Shown here: one piece after another, positions 7,629-13,811 of the stretch
Position numbering within the stretch: position 1 is the stretch's first letter
How the letters are laid out: every line of letters begins with the position of its first letter
Virus record (IMG/VR): IMGVR_UViG_3300030059_000658
Location: 1-25,915 of that record
DNA length: 25,915 nt
From: a virus
Lineage: Duplodnaviria > Caudoviricetes
Strand: one strand, 5' to 3'
Made by a program: the position numbers and the translations under genes
The notes under the pieces: generated by a model
The model's input: only the letters and a program-made list of their open reading frames with translations
Told to the model about the DNA's origin: nothing
The model's database searches: none

Positions 7629-7656
7629 CACACATAATCATTTAAAAACAAACAGG

Positions 7657-7685
7657 TAGACACTTATATATAGATGAAGTACTAT
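7657..7685 (+). promoter_or_regulatory. Cassette-2 promoter
   Basis: TAGACA-17-TACTAT. Confidence 0.7.
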
Positions 7686-7725
7686 TAACAAGTCAAAAGG
7701 ATGACACAACAAAGGAGAGTTAAAA

Positions 7726-7992
7726 ATGACTAACTTAATACGAGTAGAAGTAGACGCCTCAGAACTAGAAGCAAAGATCGAGGATTTGGAAGCTTTAGAA
7801 ATAAAGGTCGAAGAGCTTACAACTACAGTAGAAGCACTTGAGGATCATATTAGAGAGGTGGAACAGCAAGCCAATCTTGAAGGCGATGATCCAGCAGGTA
7901 CTGACATGCTAGCTAAGTTTATGACACAAGATGAAATCGAGGAGTTCGTTAAAGAAGTTTTACGAGAGGCTTCAATTTCAATCGACGTGTAA
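7726..7992 (+). CDS. Highly acidic coiled-coil protein (88 aa)
   Basis: AGGAGAG RBS; 26 D/E versus 7 K/R by manual count; heptad pattern. Confidence 0.85.
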   Translation: MTNLIRVEVDASELEAKIEDLEALEIKVEELTTTVEALEDHIREVEQQANLEGDDPAGTDMLAKFMTQDEIEEFVKEVLREASISIDV

Positions 7993-8005
7993 CGGGTTTA
8001 ACTCA

Positions 8006-8025
8006 GGGGGGGCAGAAGCCCTCCC
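8006..8025 (+). terminator. GC-rich hairpin, probable weak terminator
   Basis: GGGGGGGC-AGAA-GCCCTCCC immediately after the stop; poor U-tract. Confidence 0.5.
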
Positions 8026-8053
8026 GTCCTTATTGGACTGTGATGCAGCCCCG

Positions 8054-8070
8054 TGTCGGCTCCTGATATA
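8054..8070 (+). repeat. 17-bp direct repeat, copy 2
   Basis: Identical to 7612-7628; imperfect similarity continues through the promoter and RBS. Confidence 0.9.
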
Positions 8071-8097
8071 ACCACAATCAATCAAGAAACAAATAGG

Positions 8098-8126
8098 TAT
8101 ACACTCTCTCTTATATACAGTAGAAT
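8098..8126 (+). promoter_or_regulatory. Cassette-3 promoter
   Basis: TATACA-17-TAGAAT. Confidence 0.65.
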
Positions 8127-8163
8127 GTACTTGCCACAATGGCATAACAAAAGGAGAGTTAAA

Positions 8164-8328
8164 GTGAAATATAAGAACAGAGTATCCAATAAAGAAAAGA
8201 CAATGATAGAGAAGGCAAGGCTTTCACAACTAGGATCAAAGCTAATAATATTAGCGGAGTTTCTAACTGTACTAGGCATATTTGCATTTGCAATGATAGG
8301 CTTAATAATGTTCGCACCATCATATTAA
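8164..8328 (+). CDS. Small membrane protein (54 aa, basic N-terminus, C-terminal TM helix)
   Basis: GTG at 8164 after an AGGAGAG RBS; the ORF-track start at 8053 lies in the repeat/promoter. Confidence 0.75.
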   Translation: MKYKNRVSNKEKTMIEKARLSQLGSKLIILAEFLTVLGIFAFAMIGLIMFAPSY

Positions 8329-8341
8329 AGGGGTAAGAAGA

Positions 8342-8509
8342 ATGGATTTAATCTTAGTATTACTAGCAGTAGCAGGTATAGCTTTTATGTCAGGCTTTCT
8401 ACTTGGGATGTTCTTAGGCGACAAGTACTTCTACATTGATGTAAAAAGAAAAGAGCCATCTATCCCGGAAGTGAAAGGCACAGTCACTAGCGTAGACACA
8501 CTAGCCTAG
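8342..8509 (+). CDS. Small membrane protein, 55 aa (MDLILVLLAVAGIAFMSGFLLGMFLGDK...); not in the ORF track
   Basis: AAGGGG RBS; N-terminal TM helix; followed by a terminator. Confidence 0.7.
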   Translation: MDLILVLLAVAGIAFMSGFLLGMFLGDKYFYIDVKRKEPSIPEVKGTVTSVDTLA

Positions 8510-8531
8510 TGAACGAACAGCCTCAGAAATT

Positions 8532-8561
8532 AGACCCTTGTTTTATCAGGGGTCTTTTTTT
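8532..8561 (+). terminator. Intrinsic terminator
   Basis: AGACCCTTG-TTTTAT-CAGGGGTCT plus T-tract. Confidence 0.8.
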
Positions 8562-8640
8562 GGGGGTGGGGGGAGGAAAAATGGGATCGCGCGTCTATAT
8601 AGATATAGGGACTCTAATTAATTTTAAAAATTTAAGAATT

Positions 8641-9681
8641 TTACACTTTATGTTTATTAACAATAATATCTATATCATTCTGTACCATCTCTTCAATAGT
8701 ATCAACAAAGCTATATTCTCTTTTCCATCCCAGTTTCTTCTCTGCCTTACTAGGATCACCAAGTAATAATTCTACTTCGGCTGGGCGGTAGAAGTCAGAA
8801 TTAATAGTAACAATTATTTCTCCCTTATCGTTATAACCTTTCTCATTTATACCAGATCCACCCCAAATAACCTTCTCATTGATATAGTTAAAGGCACATT
8901 CAACTAACTCACGAATAGAATGTGTCTCACCTGTAGCTAATATGTAATCATCTGGTTCATCTTGTTGCATCATCTGCCACATACCACGAACATAGTCTTT
9001 AGCATGACCCCAGTCTCTTTTAGCATCTAGGTTACCTAACTCAATTGGAGGGTGTCGTGTATTTTCAAATGCTGCCCTGTTACCAACTGCTTTAGTTATC
9101 TTACGTGTTACAAAGTTCTCACCACGTAACGGAGATTCATGGTTAAAGAGTATCCCATTGCAGCCAAAGAAATCAGGATAAGATTCTCTATAGTTCTTAA
9201 CAGCCCAATATGCATACAGTTTAGCTACTCCGTATGGACTACGTGGATAAAAAGGTGTTGTTTCTTTCTGTGGTGTTTCTTGGACCTTACCAAACAACTC
9301 ACTGGTACTGGCCTGATAGAATTTGGATTTAACTTTAAGAGACTGTAACGCATCTAATATACGCATTACTCCTAAAGCATTGGTATCCCCTGTTGAGACA
9401 GGTACATCAAAAGAAATTCTAACATCAGACTGCGCTCCTAAGTTATATATCTCGTCAGGCTTTGTATCTTGAATTACAGTTAAGATACTATTGACATCTG
9501 TTAAATCACCATAGAAAGGAGTAAAATTGGGATGGTCAATGTACTTATTAATATTTTGTTTATTTGGTGTACTGCTACGCCGTACTAATCCGTATACTTT
9601 GTACTGTGTCTGTAACAGTAAATCTGTAAGATACGAACCATCCTGACCTGTAACACCTGTAACTAAAGCTGTCTTTTGCAT
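8641..9681 (-). CDS. gmd: GDP-mannose 4,6-dehydratase
   Basis: ALVTGVTGQDGSYL, PDEIYNLGAQS, FYQASTSELFG, PRSPYGVAKLY, GILFNHESP.RGE.FVTRKIT, GNLDAKRDWGHAKDYV, RPAEVELLLGD. Confidence 0.97.
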   Translation of the reverse strand: MQKTALVTGVTGQDGSYLTDLLLQTQYKVYGLVRRSSTPNKQNINKYIDHPNFTPFYGDLTDVNSILTVIQDTKPDEIYNLGAQSDVRISFDVPVSTGDTNALGVMRILDALQSLKVKSKFYQASTSELFGKVQETPQKETTPFYPRSPYGVAKLYAYWAVKNYRESYPDFFGCNGILFNHESPLRGENFVTRKITKAVGNRAAFENTRHPPIELGNLDAKRDWGHAKDYVRGMWQMMQQDEPDDYILATGETHSIRELVECAFNYINEKVIWGGSGINEKGYNDKGEIIVTINSDFYRPAEVELLLGDPSKAEKKLGWKREYSFVDTIEEMVQNDIDIIVNKHKV

Positions 9682-9687
9682 ATTGAT

Positions 9688-9716
9688 AATATAAATAAAA
9701 AATATATTTGTGTCAA
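9688..9716 (-). promoter_or_regulatory. gmd promoter (probably leaderless transcript)
   Basis: TTGACA (9716-9711), 17 nt, TATATT (9693-9688), 6 nt, then ATG. Confidence 0.65.
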
Positions 9717-9724
9717 ACTAAAAC

Positions 9725-9754
9725 TTGACAACGTTCTATTAATATGTTTATAAT
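9725..9754 (+). promoter_or_regulatory. Consensus sigma70 promoter facing the late operon
   Basis: TTGACA-18-TATAAT. Confidence 0.75.
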
Positions 9755-9774
9755 AGACTTATCTCCTTTGTTTT

Positions 9775-9818
9775 ACAGGGGCGGCTCCTTGAAAAAGAAG
9801 CTGCTCCTGTTTTTTTTT
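9775..9818 (+). terminator. Promoter-proximal intrinsic terminator / attenuator
   Basis: ACAGGGGCGGCT...AGCTGCTCCTGT 12-bp stem (two G-U pairs) plus T9 tract. Confidence 0.8.
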
Positions 9819-9960
9819 CGGCCAAGCGTTACAAAGGGGGGTTGCCAAACTAGTTACAAGTTGATACAATCTGTAACAAGAGAGAGAAAGACGTGTAAAT
9901 ATTCATTTATTTTGTTTTATTTGTTTTTAAAAAGTTCTTAACAGTAACTATAGTAACAAT

Positions 9961-10662
9961 ATGAAACAGATAGATAGTAAACCTCATATCATTTATGGAA
10001 AACTAAAAAACAAAGAACTACGTTCTCTTATTTGTGTTACTTCAAAAGATCGTAAAAAACCAAATGCTGGTAGAGATCTCATAGAAATGAGAGAAGAAGT
10101 AAAAAGAAGAAACAATGTTCGTCTTGTACGTGTTAATAAAAAGAAGTATACTGAAGATGAAATGTTAGAACGTGCTGAAAAAGGTGAAAACTTTAAACCC
10201 GGTAACTTCATAGCAGGTATGGCTCCAAAGCAAGAGAAGTTCTGTATGGAGTATATTGCTACGGGTGATAGTCTGATAGCCTATAAGTCAGCAGGATATG
10301 CGCCCGGAAAGAGCCACTCTGATACCCGTAGACGGGCCTCCACTCTCCTCAAAAAGCCTAAGATAGAACAACGCATCAATGATCTCCGTGAAGTAGCTAT
10401 AGATCGTATGGCGTGGAGTGCTGACCATGTGCTTCAAAGGTTGGACGAAGTATACCAACATGCGTTACAGAACGGAGACTATACAAACGCGAACCGTTCC
10501 GTTGAAAACGTAGCGAAACATCTTGGTATGTTTGTTGATAGATCTGAACAAAAGATTAAGATGGGCGCATTAGGTGACAACGATTCTAGCGAGGACGTTA
10601 AAAAGGACATTGAGAGGCTTGCTGATATAGCTGGCTTTAAAGTTATTGATGGTGGTAAATAA
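9961..10662 (+). CDS. Terminase small subunit
   Basis: PKQEKFCMEY...AYKSAGY...ASTLLKKPKIEQRI HTH, ...AKHLGMFVDR; position before TerL; true start uncertain because of a basic N-terminal extension. Confidence 0.85.
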   Translation: MKQIDSKPHIIYGKLKNKELRSLICVTSKDRKKPNAGRDLIEMREEVKRRNNVRLVRVNKKKYTEDEMLERAEKGENFKPGNFIAGMAPKQEKFCMEYIATGDSLIAYKSAGYAPGKSHSDTRRRASTLLKKPKIEQRINDLREVAIDRMAWSADHVLQRLDEVYQHALQNGDYTNANRSVENVAKHLGMFVDRSEQKIKMGALGDNDSSEDVKKDIERLADIAGFKVIDGGK

Positions 10663-10664
10663 AC

Positions 10665-11027
10665 ATGGACAGTAAGAAATTCTATGAGTTTGTTGACACA
10701 AGTAACGAACAGAAAAACGAACCTACCAAGCGTTTGTCATTCGCTGGAGTAATACCCTATAATGAATTAAACTATGCTCCCGGTACAATGGGGTATCATC
10801 AAGCTATGGATAGGGTTGAATTTACTATTGAGAATTGGCACAGTCATGTTTGTTCTCATCCTGCCTTTAAGAATCCTAATAAAGAGTTAGATGCTCTAAG
10901 AGATTCTCTTGTAGAAGCGGCTAATAGTTTATTTAAAGTATACAACGAATTAGGTTCTATACAGTTTAAACGTAACCTTGAAGGATCATTAGAAGATTCT
11001 TCATACACAAAATTAGGAGTACATTGA
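10665..11027 (+). CDS. Hypothetical protein (120 aa)
   Basis: Packed in the operon; GGTGG RBS. Confidence 0.75.
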   Translation: MDSKKFYEFVDTSNEQKNEPTKRLSFAGVIPYNELNYAPGTMGYHQAMDRVEFTIENWHSHVCSHPAFKNPNKELDALRDSLVEAANSLFKVYNELGSIQFKRNLEGSLEDSSYTKLGVH

Positions 11028-11030
11028 GGT

Positions 11031-11507
11031 ATGGTAAAAAGAATGACTGACGAAGCAAAAGCTTTGAAAAGAAAACGGACTGCATCAGCAATAAAGGATT
11101 TGAAAAAGAACAGTAAGCAATCTGGAGTTATGGGATACGATTCAACAGATTTTGGTAACAGTCTGGCTAAAGGTAGAAGGAACATTTCTAAAGATAATTA
11201 TAAAGATCGTAAGCTTATAGACGAGTACGGCACAGATGCACCTAAATCTAGATCGTATAACACACGTGGCCGTAGTGGAAAACCTCTTGATAAGCTGGAC
11301 TCAGTTACTACGGAAAAAGTAAAGAAGCCCGGTCCCGGCAGACGGAAAAATCCATTAACAGGAAAGAGTGAGCCTCAGTTAGAAACTATAACGACAAAGA
11401 AAAAACTATTTAAGGACACTGAGAGGCTTGCTGGTAATGGAAATGCTAAAGGTGGAACAGTTCGTATGAATTCGGGTGGACCTGTTGTAGATAGTTATGA
11501 TTACTAA
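11031..11507 (+). CDS. Lys/Arg-rich protein with C-terminal AKGG-TVR-MNSGG motif
   Basis: GAGGT RBS; basic and probably disordered. Confidence 0.8.
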   Translation: MVKRMTDEAKALKRKRTASAIKDLKKNSKQSGVMGYDSTDFGNSLAKGRRNISKDNYKDRKLIDEYGTDAPKSRSYNTRGRSGKPLDKLDSVTTEKVKKPGPGRRKNPLTGKSEPQLETITTKKKLFKDTERLAGNGNAKGGTVRMNSGGPVVDSYDY

Positions 11508-11520
11508 CGGAGACTAAGTT

Positions 11521-11685
11521 ATGGAAAGAACAGAAGATTGTGTTTATTTAGATAAAATCGTGGGCCGTCCAACTGGACAAGGTTACGGTGCAGCACGTAA
11601 AGGTCCAAGTGTCTTGGGTCCAGAAACAAACGTTGTCGTAGATGAAGTCTACTCACAGCCAGAACCTTTTACAACGGAGAAATAG
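11521..11685 (+). CDS. Small protein, 54 aa (MERTEDC...GQGYGAARKGP...); not in the ORF track
   Basis: CGGAGA RBS; fills the gap. Confidence 0.75.
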   Translation: MERTEDCVYLDKIVGRPTGQGYGAARKGPSVLGPETNVVVDEVYSQPEPFTTEK

Positions 11686-11688
11686 ATC

Positions 11689-11898
11689 ATGCCGAATGTA
11701 GGTGGTAAAGAGTTTCCATATACTCCAAAAGGAATGGCAGCTGCTAAAAATTACGGAATGAATAAGCAGGGTCTATATCCTCAAGAAGAAGCCCGTGCTG
11801 GTACACAGACTATCGGTCAACGTACAGCTAATATGGCTAAAGGTGGTATAGTTGACGCAAACGGCTGTATTGCTAATTACGATTACAGTAAAAGATAA
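11689..11898 (+). CDS. Small protein (MPNVGGKEFPYTPKG...MAKGG...)
   Basis: CGGAGA RBS; N-terminus typical of small phage late proteins. Confidence 0.8.
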   Translation: MPNVGGKEFPYTPKGMAAAKNYGMNKQGLYPQEEARAGTQTIGQRTANMAKGGIVDANGCIANYDYSKR

Positions 11899-11903
11899 GA
11901 TTA

Positions 11904-12230
11904 GTGGGTCAAGGTTTTGCACCAGCCCCTAACAGTGGTGGTTTAGCAAGTAACAATGCGCCGCCTGTATTAGGACGTAATCCAGAGACATATGGGAACT
12001 ATATGGTTCACCAACAGAATGCCCGTATCTCTGACATACAGAATAATACTCCTGATCAAGCTATTAATAATATAGGCCAACTGATGCAGCCTAACCAGAT
12101 ACAACCAAGTACTATTACAGGCTACATGCCTACTCAGTTACCTTCCGTTTCTGGGCCTCAACAGCCTAATAAGCAGCAACCTAACAATGGATTATCTTCT
12201 TTACTCCCCGGACAAGGTGGGTTTAGTTAA
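11904..12230 (+). CDS. Q/N/P-rich low-complexity protein
   Basis: GTG start; fills the gap exactly up to TerL. Confidence 0.65.
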   Translation: MGQGFAPAPNSGGLASNNAPPVLGRNPETYGNYMVHQQNARISDIQNNTPDQAINNIGQLMQPNQIQPSTITGYMPTQLPSVSGPQQPNKQQPNNGLSSLLPGQGGFS

Positions 12231-12234
12231 AGGT

Positions 12235-13791
12235 ATGGGTGCAACAACTAGTGAACTAGCTCTACGTGAACGGTTGTATGAGAATGTAGTTAATGCTTCT
12301 TATGGTGATTTCCTTACATTTGTAAAGATAATGGCTCCTCTTTTGATTTCTGACTTTCAAATGGGAAGACACATAGAGTTAATATGTCATAAACTACAAC
12401 AAGTGGATAGCGGTGAAGTTAAACGTCTTATGGTTTTTCTTCCTCCTCGTTCTTCTAAATCAGTTATATGTTCAAAGCTTTTCCCTGCATGGTATATGGG
12501 AAGACACCCTAACCATGAAATATTAAGTGTATCTCACAGTGACCAACTTGCCAGTGACTTTGGTAGAGCAGTACGTGACTTAATTAATAGTGAAATGTTT
12601 AGTACAGTCTTTCCAAATGTAAAACTTAGAAGCGATGTTCGATCAGCAGGTAAGTGGCAAACTACTCAGAATGGTGTGTATGTAGCAGCTGGGGTCCGAA
12701 CACAGATTGCTGGTCGTGGCGCACACGTTGCTATGCTTGATGACGTTATGTCTGAAGAAGATGCCTTTAGCGAAGCGGGAAGAAGATATATAAAAGAATG
12801 GTATCCAGCTGGACTACGTACCCGTTTAATGCCATCAGGAGCTATTGTTATTATTAACACACGTTATCATGAAGATGATATATGTGGTTGGTTATTGGAC
12901 AGTGAAGCTAATGCAGACGAGACTGACGTAATCATTCATCCGTGGGAGGTTATTAAGATACCTGCATGGCTTGATGAAGATGCTGCTAAACTATTAAATC
13001 TTCCAGTAGGGTCAAGTTATTTTCCTGAGTGGAAACCAGATAATTTATTAAAGATTGATGAAGTAGAAATAAAACGTCATAATGGATCACGTTACTGGCA
13101 ATCTCTGTATATGCAAGATCCAACTCCAGATGAAGGCGGTATAATAAAGAAAGGGTGGTTTAAGAGCTGGAAACACTCTGAACCTCCTGAATGTCAGTTT
13201 GTTATTCAAACAATGGATACAGCCTTCTCTGCAAAAACAACAGCTGATTACTCTGTTATGCAGACATGGGGTATCTTTGAAAGAATGGAAGTAGACAGTA
13301 CAGGAAGAGAGCGGTGGATTTCTAATTTAATTCTTCTTGGTAGTCTTCGTAAAAGATTTGAATATCCAGAGTTACGTCTAGCAGCGCAACAAGAATATGA
13401 AAAACATAAACCTGATGCTATTATGATTGAAAAGAAAGCTTCAGGTCAATCATTGTTACAGGATTTACGTAGAGCAGGATTACCTGTATTGGAGTATACT
13501 CCTGATCGTGATAAGGTGAGTAGAGCAACTGCTGCAACTCCTTTTCTTGAAAGCGGAAGAATTTGGTTACCAGAAGATAAGCAATGGGCTTTAGAATTAA
13601 TAGATGAGGCTTGCAGTTTTCCAAATGCAAGGTATGATGATCAAGTTGACGCAATGGTAATGGCTATATTATATATGAGAGATTCGTGGTATGTTTCTCA
13701 TGAAGACGATCCTGAGTATGTAGAAGATGAAGATATATATCAACCACCCCGTAAAGGTTACTGGAATTTTTCTAAGAATTCCTACTTGTAA
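12235..13791 (+). CDS. Terminase large subunit
   Basis: PPRSSKS Walker A, GRGAHVAMLDD Walker B, NTRYHEDD, nuclease motifs MDTA, IEKKASG and DDQVDA; start moved from 12187 to 12235 (AAGGT, after the upstream stop). Confidence 0.95.
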   Translation: MGATTSELALRERLYENVVNASYGDFLTFVKIMAPLLISDFQMGRHIELICHKLQQVDSGEVKRLMVFLPPRSSKSVICSKLFPAWYMGRHPNHEILSVSHSDQLASDFGRAVRDLINSEMFSTVFPNVKLRSDVRSAGKWQTTQNGVYVAAGVRTQIAGRGAHVAMLDDVMSEEDAFSEAGRRYIKEWYPAGLRTRLMPSGAIVIINTRYHEDDICGWLLDSEANADETDVIIHPWEVIKIPAWLDEDAAKLLNLPVGSSYFPEWKPDNLLKIDEVEIKRHNGSRYWQSLYMQDPTPDEGGIIKKGWFKSWKHSEPPECQFVIQTMDTAFSAKTTADYSVMQTWGIFERMEVDSTGRERWISNLILLGSLRKRFEYPELRLAAQQEYEKHKPDAIMIEKKASGQSLLQDLRRAGLPVLEYTPDRDKVSRATAATPFLESGRIWLPEDKQWALELIDEACSFPNARYDDQVDAMVMAILYMRDSWYVSHEDDPEYVEDEDIYQPPRKGYWNFSKNSYL

Positions 13792-13811
13792 AATATAGGG
13801 AACTAAAGTTT

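Noticed and set aside
7140-8160. CRISPR array or integron attC array
   Set aside because: Only two exact 17-bp copies about 440 bp apart, with promoters and genes between them; no cas or integrase gene and no attC-type dyad
7203-8766. ORFs 7203-7529(-), 8082-8279(-), 8509-8766(+) and the 8053 start
   Set aside because: Antisense shadows, or ORFs running through promoters and terminators
9139-11185. ORFs 9139-9348(+), 9744-9941(+), 9993-10211(-) and 10856-11185(-)
   Set aside because: Shadow ORFs; 9744 starts inside the promoter and crosses the terminator
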